From: Terriglobia bacterium | Lineage (GTDB): Bacteria > Acidobacteriota > Polarisedimenticolia > Polarisedimenticolales > JAIQFR01 | Length of the DNA stretch: 64,000 bases | Assembly: GCA_963748015.1 (NCBI GenBank) | Contig: CAVVHE010000006.1 | Coordinates: 192,001-256,000, forward strand | Reading direction: 5' to 3' | In this document: one piece after another, positions 47,095 through 57,152 of the stretch | How positions within the stretch are numbered: the first letter of the stretch is position 1 | Layout: every line of letters starts with the position of its first letter | The notes under the pieces: model-generated | Told to the model about the DNA's origin: nothing | Database searches by the model: none | Seen by the model: the letters and a program-made list of their open reading frames with translations, nothing else | Program-made: the position numbers and the translations under genes

Positions 47095-48395
47095 CGCGTC
47101 CCTCCCTGCGCCACGGTTACCGGCGTGCCGGTCCAGCGCTCGACCTCGGCCTCCGCGAGGTTGAACTCGAGGAGGGCGTCGTTGAAGCGGAGCTCCGCCG
47201 CCGCGAGGGATCGCCGGGCGTCGAGGAGATCGAGAAGGCGGAACTTCCCCCGGCGATACCCCTCCTCGGTTCCTTCGAGCACTTGGCGCGCCTTGGGCAA
47301 CACCGCGTCGCGGAGCGCTGTGGCCTCCTGCGCGGTCGCCGTCAGGCGCTCGTGGGCGGCCGCGAGCGCGGTGACGATTCGCGTCTCCGCCGCGGCGCGC
47401 TCGTACCGGCCCTGGTCGAGGCGGCTCGAGGCCTCGGCGATGGCTCCCGCGTTGCGGTCGAAGACGGGGAGCGGGATCTTCACGCCCGCCACGTACGAGT
47501 GATCGCCGTACGCGCGGTACTGCTGCACCCCCGCGCTCAGGGTGAGATCGGGGATCCTCCTCTTCTTCTCGGACTCGAGTGCCGCCTCGAGGCGAGAAAC
47601 GTCCGCCTCGCCGCGGGCGATGTCGGGGAGGGAGGCCAAGCGCCGGTCCAGGTCGCCCCGGGAGGGCAGCGTGGCCGGCATGTCGAGCTCTCCGGCGGCG
47701 TCGCCGAAATCGGGCACCCGCCGGCCCCACATCTCGGCCAGCTTCTGCCGGGCGATCGCAAGGCCCGACGCGGCCGCACGGAGGTCGATCCGCGCGAGGG
47801 ATGCGTCGGACTCGACCTTCAGCTCCTCGATCGGGGAAACCTCTCCGGCGGCCACGAGCTCGTGGACCGTTCGCTGCACGGTTTCCGCGGTGCGGAGCGC
47901 CCCTTCCAGGATCTTGCTTCGCTCCTGGAGGCCGAGGACGCCGACGAAGCGGCGCTTCACCTCGGCGAGGACGTCGCGCCGCCGGACCTCGGCGTCCCCC
48001 TGCGACACAGTCCGCGCGAGCTCGCGCTCCCGGGAGCGCGCCCCGCGTTTTCCCCCGATTTCGAGGACCTGCTCGAACGCGTAAAGTGTCTCGGCCTCCG
48101 CCTGCTCGGGGATCTGTCCGCCCAGACCGGCGGCGTCGATCGAGAACTCCGGATTCGGGAGAGCCCGGGCTTGCCGCCAGGCCCCGTCGGCCGCGCGCAC
48201 GGCGGCGGCCGCGGCGGCAAGATCGGGGTTCGATCGCATGGCCCGATCCTGCGCTTCCGCGAGGGTGATCGGCGTGCGCGTCCCGGGCGTGGTAGGCGTC
48301 GCGTCTGCCACCGGCGCCGTGCCGATGGGATCCACGCCGAACGCTGGAAGCGCGCTCAGGGCAAGTGCCAGGGCGAGCATCGTGGTCCTGTCCAT
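47091..48395 (-). CDS. czcC: TolC-family outer membrane efflux protein, CzcC-like
   Basis: ALPNPE, EIGGKRGAR, IPLPVFDRNAG, YRRGKFRLLDLLDA; overlaps the czcB start. Confidence 0.92.
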   Translation of the reverse strand: MDRTTMLALALALSALPAFGVDPIGTAPVADATPTTPGTRTPITLAEAQDRAMRSNPDLAAAAAAVRAADGAWRQARALPNPEFSIDAAGLGGQIPEQAEAETLYAFEQVLEIGGKRGARSRERELARTVSQGDAEVRRRDVLAEVKRRFVGVLGLQERSKILEGALRTAETVQRTVHELVAAGEVSPIEELKVESDASLARIDLRAAASGLAIARQKLAEMWGRRVPDFGDAAGELDMPATLPSRGDLDRRLASLPDIARGEADVSRLEAALESEKKRRIPDLTLSAGVQQYRAYGDHSYVAGVKIPLPVFDRNAGAIAEASSRLDQGRYERAAAETRIVTALAAAHERLTATAQEATALRDAVLPKARQVLEGTEEGYRRGKFRLLDLLDARRSLAAAELRFNDALLEFNLAEAEVERWTGTPVTVAQGGTR

Positions 48396-48476
48396 GTCGT
48401 CCGTCCGTTCGCAAGAAGTGGAGGAAAGGGGCCCGGGCGAATCACTCCCGGGACGCCGGCGGCCGAACGGCGGAAA

Positions 48477-48914
48477 TCAGATCAGGAGGACGGTCGAGCG
48501 GGTGGTGACCGATAGAGGCCGCGGTGGGCCCGGAGCATCCTGCGCGCGCTCGAATCCTGCCGGCTCGGTCATCCCGCTCGTGTCGCCGATCCGAACGGCG
48601 GAGACGAGAGAGTGCGGATGCGGTGGGGCCGAGGGCTCGGGAGCGCACGCGAGCAGGAAGGTGTCCACGCACGCGTCGGAGCACCGTCCGTCCGGGGTCT
48701 CCGTCGTCACGGGGGCCGCTGCGGGGGCGAGGCCGGGAGAAGATGGATGCTCCTGATCCGCGGGGTCGCAGCAATTCGAGAAGATCCACTCGGTCGCGGA
48801 GTGCTCGACGCCCTCGCAGACGATCATCAACGGCGCGCAGAGCGTCAGGATCGACAGGCCGGCCACGAGGGTAGTGCGCGAGAAGCGCCGCGGGCGTCGG
48901 ATGCAGGAACTCAT
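48477..48914 (-). CDS. Small exported Cys/His-containing protein leading the czc operon
   Basis: Hydrophobic N-terminus, C..H..CC..CSDAC, Pro-rich tail ending RSTVLLI; co-oriented with czcC. Confidence 0.6.
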   Translation of the reverse strand: MSSCIRRPRRFSRTTLVAGLSILTLCAPLMIVCEGVEHSATEWIFSNCCDPADQEHPSSPGLAPAAAPVTTETPDGRCSDACVDTFLLACAPEPSAPPHPHSLVSAVRIGDTSGMTEPAGFERAQDAPGPPRPLSVTTRSTVLLI

Positions 48915-48986
48915 CGGGTAGACAAGTACCACCAGAGGGCATTCGCGGCAACCGAAAACCGCCTGTTCGGCGGTAAACTCGCGGCG

Positions 48987-50081
48987 ATGGGGATCAACCT
49001 CGGATTCGCGCGGCGGGCAAGACCCGTTGCGCAGGCGCTCCTCGCCGCCGCTCTCTTCGGGGCCGGCGTACCCTTCGTTAAGCTGCTCGTCGCCGAGATC
49101 GACCCGGTGCCGATGGCCGCGCTCCTGTACCTCGGGAGTGGGGCCGGAGGAGCCGTCGTGCTCCTGGGTCGGCGCCTCGGAGCGGGGACCGACGCGCACG
49201 CGAGCCACGCGCCACTCGCGCGGAGCGACCTACCGTGGTTGGGCGGCGCGGTCTTGTCGGGCGGCGTCGCTGCGCCGATCGTCTTGCTGGCCGGGCTGCG
49301 GTCCACGCCATCCGCAACCGCTTCCCTGCTACTGAACTTCGAGACCGTCGCGACCGTGCTCCTCGCCGCGCTGCTGTTTCGCGAGGCGGTGGGCCGCCGC
49401 GTCTGGGCGGCGGCCGCGCTCGTCGTTGCCGCAGGCGTGTTCCTGTCTTGGAAGCCGGAGGATACCTGGGGTGTTTCCGCCGGTGCGCTCGGCATCATGG
49501 CCGCTTGCGCCCTGTGGGGACTCGACAACAACCTAACCCGAAAGGTGTCGGCGAAGGACCCGATGGCGATCGTCGCCATCAAGGGGCTCGCGGCCGGGTT
49601 ATTCTCGCTCGTTCTCGCTCTCTCGTTGGGGGTGCCCATCCCGACCGGCCCTCTCGCGGGGGAGGTCATGCTGCTCGGGTTCGCGAGCTACGGGCTCAGC
49701 ATCGCGCTGTTCGTCGGGGCGCTCCGCGATCTTGGCGCCGCGCGGACCGGCGCTCTGTTCGGAACCGCGCCGTTCTTCGGCGCCGCGATTTCGTTCGTGG
49801 TCGCTCCGGGCCTTCCCGGAACGGCGTTCCTGGTGTCGGCGGCGCTGATGGCGGCCGGCGCGGTTCTGCTCTTCGGGGAAGCGCACGAGCACGAGCACCA
49901 TCATCACGCGTTGGCCCACGATCATCGCCACGCTCACGACGACGGCCACCACGACCACGAGCACGCACCGGGGGAGGTGAGTCCCGGCGGGTACCACGCC
50001 CACGCCCACCGGCACGAGGCGACGAGCCACGCGCACCCGCACGCACCGGACCTGCATCACGGGCACGATCACCCCGACTAG
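48987..50081 (+). CDS. DMT/EamA family transporter with His-rich C-terminal tail
   Basis: About 10 TM helices, [19 protein letters not shown]; about 25 His in the last ~67 aa. Confidence 0.9.
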   Translation: MGINLGFARRARPVAQALLAAALFGAGVPFVKLLVAEIDPVPMAALLYLGSGAGGAVVLLGRRLGAGTDAHASHAPLARSDLPWLGGAVLSGGVAAPIVLLAGLRSTPSATASLLLNFETVATVLLAALLFREAVGRRVWAAAALVVAAGVFLSWKPEDTWGVSAGALGIMAACALWGLDNNLTRKVSAKDPMAIVAIKGLAAGLFSLVLALSLGVPIPTGPLAGEVMLLGFASYGLSIALFVGALRDLGAARTGALFGTAPFFGAAISFVVAPGLPGTAFLVSAALMAAGAVLLFGEAHEHEHHHHALAHDHRHAHDDGHHDHEHAPGEVSPGGYHAHAHRHEATSHAHPHAPDLHHGHDHPD

Positions 50082-50490
50082 CGTGCCGTCCCGTCCGCCG
50101 GAGCCGCGGGCCCGTCGGGGCCAGCCGCTCCTCGTCTCGGAACCAGAAGAGAGGCGGCGATCGAGATCGACAAGATCGCGCCCACCACGCCGAGAGAGAC
50201 CCCCACCGGGATCTTCAGCACGTTCGAGACCGTCATCTTCACGCCGACGAAGACCAGCACGCCCGCCAGGCCGACCTTCAGGTATCGGAACCGGTCCATC
50301 ACGCCGGAGAGCAGAAAGTACATGGCGCGCAGCCCGAGGATCGCGAAGACGTTCGACCTGTAGACGATGAAGGGGTCCTTGGTCGCGGCGAACACCGCCG
50401 GGATCGAGTCCACCGCGAACACGAGGTTCGTGGCCTCGACCGCGACGAGGACGGCCAGGAGCGGCGTCGCGTATCGGCGGCCGCTGTTCC
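50078..50490 (-). pseudogene. terC: C-terminal remnant of a TerC/Alx family membrane protein
   Basis: In frame [52 protein letters not shown]. The N-terminal portion is absent and the upstream gene ends at 50496. Confidence 0.82.
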
Positions 50491-50495
50491 CCTGT

Positions 50496-51269
50496 TCAGA
50501 AGCGGTAGGAGGCCGAGACCAGGGCGTAGTGCAGCCAGGCGAAGCTGTACACCTCGTCGTTGTCGGCGCCGCCCTCGAGCGTCCGGTAGCCCGCGCCGAC
50601 GCTCCAACCGCTCCCGAAGTCCCGGACCATCTTCAGCGCGAGGTCGAACGCGCGCCCCTGCGGCGCCGCGAGCCCGTCGAAATCGAGGACGAATCGCCAG
50701 TGCGCGCCGACGAATCCCTCGCCGGAAGCGTAGAACAGCGGGACGACGCCGACGTTGCTCTTCTCGGCAGAGATGTCCGCCTGCCGGAGCGAGATGGCGG
50801 CATCGCGGATCTTGAGCGTCCCGCCGATCCACCATCGCCACCGCTCGCCGTCGTGAACGCGATAGCGGTAGCTCGCGCGATAGGAGTCGAACCGGTACCG
50901 CGCCTCGGTCGGCACGCCCGCCTCGAACGCGCTGCCGGCGAAATCCACGGGGTTGGGGAGAGTTCCCATGCCGTCGAAGGAAAGCGGCGCGATCACGAAT
51001 CGCAGCCCGTGGCGGCCCGGCAGGTTCCAGGCGGCGTTCACTCTCGCGAAAGCGAAGGGGCCGCTTCCGGTGACGTCGTCGAGCGCGAAACGGGTCCCCG
51101 TGTCGCCGGGGACGGCGACGTCGTTCCGCGTTTGCCACACGCCCCCGGTCTCGAGCTCGATCTCGGCCTTTGCCGGAGGAGGGGGCGCGGCCGCCGTCAT
51201 CGTCGCGCCCGTCGTCAGCATGGGAATGATCGCGAAGGCGACCAGCCACGAAGTCGTCTTGGCATTCAC
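50496..51269 (-). CDS. Putative outer membrane beta-barrel protein
   Basis: Signal peptide, alternating beta pattern, C-terminal SASYRF; GGAG RBS. Confidence 0.75.
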   Translation of the reverse strand: MNAKTTSWLVAFAIIPMLTTGATMTAAAPPPPAKAEIELETGGVWQTRNDVAVPGDTGTRFALDDVTGSGPFAFARVNAAWNLPGRHGLRFVIAPLSFDGMGTLPNPVDFAGSAFEAGVPTEARYRFDSYRASYRYRVHDGERWRWWIGGTLKIRDAAISLRQADISAEKSNVGVVPLFYASGEGFVGAHWRFVLDFDGLAAPQGRAFDLALKMVRDFGSGWSVGAGYRTLEGGADNDEVYSFAWLHYALVSASYRF

Positions 51270-51312
51270 GGTCCGTTCTCCAGTCGTAGCCTATTGGGAG
51301 GAAGCCTGGCTC

Positions 51313-53754
51313 CTAGGAGCGGATACGCACGTCCCGCTGCGGGAACGGGATCTCGATCCCGGCCTCGCGGAGCAGCGCGTCGACGCGCACGGTCACGTCG
51401 CTCTTCACCTTCAACCACCCCTCGAAGTCACCGGTCCAGAAGAGGAGAGAGAAGGTCAGCGCGCTTTCGCCGTGGGCCCTGAAGACCGCGAACGGCTCGG
51501 GCTCGGCCAGCGTGCTCGGGTGCGAGAGGGCCGCGTCGCGGAGGAGCGACATCACCTTCGCGGGGTCGGTGCCGTACGCGACGCCGACCTGGATCTCGAT
51601 GCGGCGATTCCGGTTGGAGAGGGTCCAGTTGATCAGCTGGTCGGAGACGAGCGTCCCGTTCGGCACGATCACCTCGGCCCCGTCGAAGGTCTCGATCGTG
51701 CTCGCGCGCACGCCGATCGTCCGGACACGCCCGAGGAGGCCGCCGACCTCCACCGTGTCGCCGGCCTGGATCGGGCGCTCGAACATGAGGATGAGCCCCG
51801 ACACGAAGTTGTTCACGACCGTCTGCAGGCCGAAGCCGATCCCGACGCTCAGCGCGCCGAAGACGATGGTGAGGCGGTCGAGCGGGATGCCGGCGACCGC
51901 GGCGGCGAGCAGGAAGCCCGCCGTGATCACGCCGTACCGGATGAGCATCGTGAGGGTCCCCGGGACCCCGCGCGGAAGGTCGACGCGCGGGAAGACGTCC
52001 TCCTCGAGCAGGACCCGGATCAGCCGGGACAGCAGCACGGACGCGTAGACGGCCGCGAGGAAGACGACGGCCGTCCCAAAAGAGAACCGGAACGCCCCGA
52101 TGCCCCACTGCCTGTTGAGGAGCGCCGCCGAGGCACTCAGGAGCACGGAGCCGAGGCCGGTCATCGAAAGGACCCGGAAGGTCCACCACCCGACCGCGAG
52201 GAGGTCGATCGCGATCCCGCCCCGCCTACGAATCAGCTCCTCGTGACGCGCCAGGGTGCGGATCGAGCGCCCGACTCCGGAGGCGAGGAAGAGCGTGAGC
52301 GTTCCCCGGAGGAGCAGCGCCACGGCGTAGAGCGAAACCGCGAGGTAGGCCGAGCGGACGACGGTGCTCGTCAGGAGCCTCGCGAGCGTGACGTTTCCCA
52401 GCACGTTCGAGAACGCGGAGACCACGAGTGCCGCGAGAGCGATCCGCCCCGCGAGAGTCATCGCGCGCCACCAGCGGTTCGCGAACCCCGCCGCGGCGCG
52501 CTTGCCCGGGTAGATCGTCCAGAAGAGGACGCCGGCCGAGATCACGGTCATGCCGAGCAGGACGAGGCGCTCGAGGACGGAACCCGCCCACGTGAGTTCC
52601 CAGATCCGCTCGATCGCGAAGAGTCCGGCGAGAGCCCAGAGCGGGGCCCGCATCCGGGGCGTCACGACCCCCGTCATCACGGCGAGCAATGGGGCAAGCG
52701 TGAGCAGCCAGACGACCTCGTCGAACGCCAGAGGCGCCCTGGGATGGAATTCCCGGGTCAGAAAGAGGGCAACGAGCGACGCGCCCATGAGAGGCTGCCC
52801 GACGACGCTCGCGCAGGCCCGCACGCCGCGTTCTTTCACCGGCCAGGCTACGATCCGGCGCTTCAGTCGGTAGAACAGCGCCGCGAGCGCGGCGAGGAGC
52901 AGCAACTGGCCCAGGATTCTCCCGCCGGCCTGCTCGGCGTACTGGCGGACGGCGCGGCGGCCCTCGGACAGCGCCGCGCCGATCTCGGAGAGGATCGACC
53001 CGCTCTCAGGCGCGGCGGCGAGAGCTCTCCAGAGCGGCGGGCTCTCGATCACGAGGAGGTTCTTCCGCTCCTCCCGCAGGTCCGCGTCGATCGCGTAGAG
53101 CGCCTCCTCCGCGTCGAGCAGCTTTCCGCTGATCCGGTTCTGCAGCAGGAGGTTCTCGTCGACTCGCTCCCGGAGCGACGTGGCGACCTCCCGGGTCGAG
53201 GCGAGAACGCTCTGGGCCCGTTCGACGATCTCCGGTGCGCCGGCGCCGGCGGCGAGCTCCTTCTCCGTGGCGCTCCACGTGGCTTCGAGAGCGCGGACCT
53301 CGGTGTTGGCCTTGTTCAGCGCGTCGAGCCGCCGGCCGATCGTGTCCATCCAGTCCCGCAGCACGTCGGCGTGGTTGGTCCACTCTTGGGAGAGGCTGCG
53401 GAGGGATCGAGGCGTCTGCTGGCGCGGCGTCCGCGATCCGGTCCATTCCGCGAGACGGTCGATCGCCTCGAGCCGGCCGGGCAGGGCCGCGGCGATCGAG
53501 GCGGTTTCCCTCGTGTGGGACTCAAGGGACCGGAGCGAGCGAAGCCGGGTCTCGGCGGCCGTCGCGGCGCCCGGCACCGCGGACGCCTCGAGCACCACGG
53601 GGGGCGCCGCGCCGGCGGGGGGCGTCCCCTGGGCCGGGGCGGCTGCCGGGGAAGAGGGGGCGGCGGGCGTCGGCGCCCCGGGGAGGACCTTGCCTCCCTG
53701 GACGCACGCCACGCCAAGGCAGGAGACGAGCGCGACCAGCAGCAGCCTCTTCAT
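51313..53754 (-). CDS. Large MscS/MscK-like mechanosensitive channel
   Basis: Periplasmic coiled coil, many TM helices, GALSVGIGFGLQTVVNNFVSGLILMFERPI, GIEIPFPQRD. Confidence 0.93.
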   Translation of the reverse strand: MKRLLLVALVSCLGVACVQGGKVLPGAPTPAAPSSPAAAPAQGTPPAGAAPPVVLEASAVPGAATAAETRLRSLRSLESHTRETASIAAALPGRLEAIDRLAEWTGSRTPRQQTPRSLRSLSQEWTNHADVLRDWMDTIGRRLDALNKANTEVRALEATWSATEKELAAGAGAPEIVERAQSVLASTREVATSLRERVDENLLLQNRISGKLLDAEEALYAIDADLREERKNLLVIESPPLWRALAAAPESGSILSEIGAALSEGRRAVRQYAEQAGGRILGQLLLLAALAALFYRLKRRIVAWPVKERGVRACASVVGQPLMGASLVALFLTREFHPRAPLAFDEVVWLLTLAPLLAVMTGVVTPRMRAPLWALAGLFAIERIWELTWAGSVLERLVLLGMTVISAGVLFWTIYPGKRAAAGFANRWWRAMTLAGRIALAALVVSAFSNVLGNVTLARLLTSTVVRSAYLAVSLYAVALLLRGTLTLFLASGVGRSIRTLARHEELIRRRGGIAIDLLAVGWWTFRVLSMTGLGSVLLSASAALLNRQWGIGAFRFSFGTAVVFLAAVYASVLLSRLIRVLLEEDVFPRVDLPRGVPGTLTMLIRYGVITAGFLLAAAVAGIPLDRLTIVFGALSVGIGFGLQTVVNNFVSGLILMFERPIQAGDTVEVGGLLGRVRTIGVRASTIETFDGAEVIVPNGTLVSDQLINWTLSNRNRRIEIQVGVAYGTDPAKVMSLLRDAALSHPSTLAEPEPFAVFRAHGESALTFSLLFWTGDFEGWLKVKSDVTVRVDALLREAGIEIPFPQRDVRIRS

Positions 53755-53941
53755 CGGTCCCCCTCCGATCGGGACGAAGGGCGCGATTCTATCAGCCGTT
53801 GGGGCGATTCCAGGCACCCCGTCGCGCAAGCGCTTGGCACGGACCCTGTCGAGGCTGCAGAATCCTCGTTGCCGGAACGGGTTCGAGAGGAGTCGGCGTT
53901 CCCGGAGCGCGATCCCGCCGGGGACGGAGGAGGGTTCGAGC

Positions 53942-54916
53942 GTGAGCGGTTCTCGCCTGTTCGACAACATCCTGACGCCGCCGATTCTCTTCTTCTTCCT
54001 CGGCATGACGGCGACGTGGCTTCGTTCGGACCTGACGATCCCGCAGCCGGTCGCGAAGTTCCTGTCGCTCTACCTCCTCTTCTCGATCGGTTTCCACGGC
54101 GGGGTGGAACTGGCCAGGGGAGGGCTCGCGGCCGGAGCGATGCTGGGACTCGGCGCGGCGGTCCTCTTCGCGTTCGCGGCGCCGGTCTGGTCGTTCTTCG
54201 CCCTGCGCTTCCGGCTGGACCCGCTCAACGCCGCGGCGGTCGCGGCGACGTACGGCTCGGTCAGCGCGGTGACGTTCATCACCGCGGGGTCCTTCCTAGA
54301 CGGCCTCGGAATCCCGTACGGCGGCCACATGGTGGCGGCGATGGCCCTGATGGAATCTCCCGCGATCGTCGTGGGCGTGCTGCTGGCCCGCCGGTTCGGC
54401 GGCGCGGAAGACGCGCCGGAGGAGAGGGCGGGATGGCGCGAGCTGCTGCGCGAGGCCTTCCTCAACGGGGCCGTCTTCCTCCTCCTGGGCAGCCTCTTGA
54501 TCGGCGTCCTGACCGGCGAGAAGGGGTGGGAGGCGGTGAAGCCGCTGGCGCACGAGCCCTTCAAGGGGGTGCTGTGCGTCTTCCTCCTCGACATGGGACT
54601 GGTGGCGGCGAAGCGCCTGCGCGATCTCCGGTCGTCCGGGGTGTTCCTCGTCTCGTTCGCGCTCGTCGCGCCGCCCGTGCACGCCGCGATCGGGATCGCG
54701 ACGGGGTGGGCGCTGGGCCTCGGCCGCGGCGATGCGCTTCTGCTCGCGGTCCTCTGCGCGAGCGCGTCCTACATCGCCGTCCCCGCCGCCATGAAGCTCT
54801 CGATTCCGAAAGCGAGCCCGAGCCTCTACGTGCCGATGGCGCTCGCGGTCACGTTCCCCTTCAACATCGCCGTCGGCATCCCTCTCTATCTCGCCGTCAT
54901 CGACGCGCTACGGTAG
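53942..54916 (+). CDS. sbtA: Sodium-dependent bicarbonate transporter family permease
   Basis: SDLTIP, YGSVSAVTF, MESPAI, FLLDMG, SASYIAVPAA, TFPFN. Confidence 0.9.
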   Translation: MSGSRLFDNILTPPILFFFLGMTATWLRSDLTIPQPVAKFLSLYLLFSIGFHGGVELARGGLAAGAMLGLGAAVLFAFAAPVWSFFALRFRLDPLNAAAVAATYGSVSAVTFITAGSFLDGLGIPYGGHMVAAMALMESPAIVVGVLLARRFGGAEDAPEERAGWRELLREAFLNGAVFLLLGSLLIGVLTGEKGWEAVKPLAHEPFKGVLCVFLLDMGLVAAKRLRDLRSSGVFLVSFALVAPPVHAAIGIATGWALGLGRGDALLLAVLCASASYIAVPAAMKLSIPKASPSLYVPMALAVTFPFNIAVGIPLYLAVIDALR

Positions 54917-54922
54917 GACCCC

Positions 54923-55216
54923 ATGAGGCCGATGAAGAAGCTCGAGATCGTGATCGACACCCCGCACCTCGACGAGATCCTCCGCCTGCTCGACCGCGCC
55001 GGCGTGTCGGGCTACACGGTCGTCCACGACGTGACCGGGCGGGGGGAGCGCGGCGAGCGCTCGGGGGACGACCTCACGGACGTATTCACCAACTGCCTCG
55101 TGCTGGCAGCCTGCTCGCCCGAGACGATCGACGCGGTCGCCGAGGAGCTCCGCGGCGTCCTGCGGCGCCATGGGGGAATCTGCCTGGTCTCCGAGGCCGC
55201 CTGGCTCGCGCATTAG
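54923..55216 (+). CDS. sbtB: PII-like regulator of SbtA
   Basis: MKKLEIVID..GVSGYT..VTGRGERG PII fold, 6 nt downstream of sbtA. Confidence 0.88.
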   Translation: MRPMKKLEIVIDTPHLDEILRLLDRAGVSGYTVVHDVTGRGERGERSGDDLTDVFTNCLVLAACSPETIDAVAEELRGVLRRHGGICLVSEAAWLAH

Positions 55217-55238
55217 CGCGGGGTGCCGGACAGGCGGA

Positions 55239-57152
55239 CTAGGCGGGCGCTGCAGGGGAGGCGTCCTCGACGGGCGCGGCGGGACGGGGCCGAGGGCCGC
55301 CGCGCGGCGGCCCGGGCCGGCTGCGGAGGCTGAGCCAGAAGCGGTCGGGGAGCACGCCGATCGCGATGAGCACGAGCTGGCTCGCCATGAACGCCATGAG
55401 CCAAATGAAGGCGGCGTCCATGAAGCCGTAGCTGTGCAGGCCGATGCCGAGCATGTTCATGCCGAACCACGACCAGCCCGTCACGATGTTGCCGAAGATC
55501 GCCATGTTCATCAGGCCGCGCTCGCGCACGATGCCGCCCCAGCGCGCGTGCAGGATCAGCGCGTTCCACAGGACGATGATCAGCGCGCCGTTCTCCTTCG
55601 GATCCCAGCCCCAGAAGCGGCCCCAGGACTGGTCCGCCCAGATCCCGCCCAGGACGGTGCCGACGAAGCTGAACAGCGTCGCGAAGCAGACGATGCCGTA
55701 AACCATGCGCGCCAGCGCCGAGCCGGTCGCCGCGTCGAGCGTCCGGGTGAAGGCGCCGCGCAGGATGTAGAGGATCGCGAGGAAGCCCGCGACGAAGGTG
55801 CTCGAGTAGCCGATCGTGACCGCGACGACGTGGGTCGCCAGCCAGAAATTCGTGTCGAGCACCGCGCGCATCATCTCCATCGTGTCGCCGCCGAGGGCGA
55901 GGTTGTGCGCGATGATCAGCGTGATGAACCCCATCGAGGACGCTACCGCGGAGCCGATGCCGTCGCGGTAGAACCGCTCGAGCACCATGCCGAGCACGAC
56001 CGCGCCCCAGCCGATGAAGATGGCGGACGAGTACAGGTTGGTGACGGGCGGGCGCCCCTCGAGCCACATGCGGAACACGAGCCCCGACGTGTGCACCACG
56101 AAAGCGAGCACGATCAGGTACGCGGCCGTCCGCCGCAGCGTCGCCGCGCCGTTCGCCCACGAGGCGCAGGCGAGCAGGAACGCGAGGACGTAGACGACCA
56201 TGGCCGCGTAGAAAGGCTGCAGGCGGTTGAAAAGGAGCTCGCGCCCGGCCTTGGCCAGCTCCTTGGGGGAGCTCGCCGCGAGCGAGGAGCGATAGGCGGC
56301 GACGGCCCGGCTGAAGCCGCCCGTGTCGCCGGCCCGGAAGGCGGCGGCGATGGCGGCGTAGTCGCGCGCGGCCTCGGGCACCTTTCCCGTGCGCGCCGCC
56401 TCCTTCAGCGCGTTGCCCATGCGCATCCACTCGTCGCTCGAGTGCCCGGGGGCCTGCGGCGGGACGACGAGCGGCGGGTCGAAGGCGGTCATGGCGTCGA
56501 AACGGCGCAGGAAGACGGCGAGGCGGTCGCCGGCCGCTCCCGCGCCGCGCGCCGCGACGAGGGTCTCGAACTCCGCCAGATCTCGAGGCCAGTCCGCGGC
56601 GTCCACGGGAACGAGCGCGTTCTTGAGGCCGACGTACAGCGTCAGCTGCCGCTCGAGCTTCAGGACGGCGCGGTCGTACGGGGTCCGGTGGGACTCCTCG
56701 ATGGCGAATACGCGCGTCGTCTCCCGCTCGAGCGTCGTGAACGAGGGCTGGATCTGGTTCCAGGAATAGTGCTTCCCGTCGGACCGCTTCCCGGCGTCCT
56801 TCTCGGGGAGGCTCAACTGCGAGATCAGCTCGGGGTGGTCCACGCGGAACACCGGCCAGCCGTCCGCCACCTCGGGGGTCATCGTCACCGCGGCGAGCCA
56901 CTCGATGGCGGGGAGGATCTTCGGCCGGTCGAGCGCTCCCTTCCAGGGCTCGAGGTTGGCGGACTGTTTCTCGCGAATGAGGAGAAGGGAGTTGCGCGCC
57001 ACGGAGTCCATCGGCTGGCAGCGCCCGTTGGTCACGAGGGGCAGCCGCCCGAACTCCGAAAACGCGAAGCCGGCGTCCGGCCGCTGGCGCAGCCCCGCCA
57101 GGATCCACAGCGCCATGGTGGCGGCGACCGCGAGCGGGATCCACTTCTTCAT
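55239..57152 (-). CDS. ccsA: System II cytochrome c synthase CcsA/ResC with large periplasmic N-terminal extension
   Basis: WWD domain GGIWADQSWGRFWGWDPKE, RPPVTNLYSS, WLATHV, GLHSY. Confidence 0.93.
   Translation of the reverse strand: MKKWIPLAVAATMALWILAGLRQRPDAGFAFSEFGRLPLVTNGRCQPMDSVARNSLLLIREKQSANLEPWKGALDRPKILPAIEWLAAVTMTPEVADGWPVFRVDHPELISQLSLPEKDAGKRSDGKHYSWNQIQPSFTTLERETTRVFAIEESHRTPYDRAVLKLERQLTLYVGLKNALVPVDAADWPRDLAEFETLVAARGAGAAGDRLAVFLRRFDAMTAFDPPLVVPPQAPGHSSDEWMRMGNALKEAARTGKVPEAARDYAAIAAAFRAGDTGGFSRAVAAYRSSLAASSPKELAKAGRELLFNRLQPFYAAMVVYVLAFLLACASWANGAATLRRTAAYLIVLAFVVHTSGLVFRMWLEGRPPVTNLYSSAIFIGWGAVVLGMVLERFYRDGIGSAVASSMGFITLIIAHNLALGGDTMEMMRAVLDTNFWLATHVVAVTIGYSSTFVAGFLAILYILRGAFTRTLDAATGSALARMVYGIVCFATLFSFVGTVLGGIWADQSWGRFWGWDPKENGALIIVLWNALILHARWGGIVRERGLMNMAIFGNIVTGWSWFGMNMLGIGLHSYGFMDAAFIWLMAFMASQLVLIAIGVLPDRFWLSLRSRPGPPRGGPRPRPAAPVEDASPAAPA

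Noticed and set aside
53833..53851. Sigma54 promoter upstream of sbtA (TTGGCACG...)
   Set aside because: The -12 position reads GT rather than the required GC.
50953..55242. 1429-aa plus-strand ORF
   Set aside because: Arg/Gly/Pro-rich with no motifs; it is the antisense shadow of mscS and off-frame over sbtAB.
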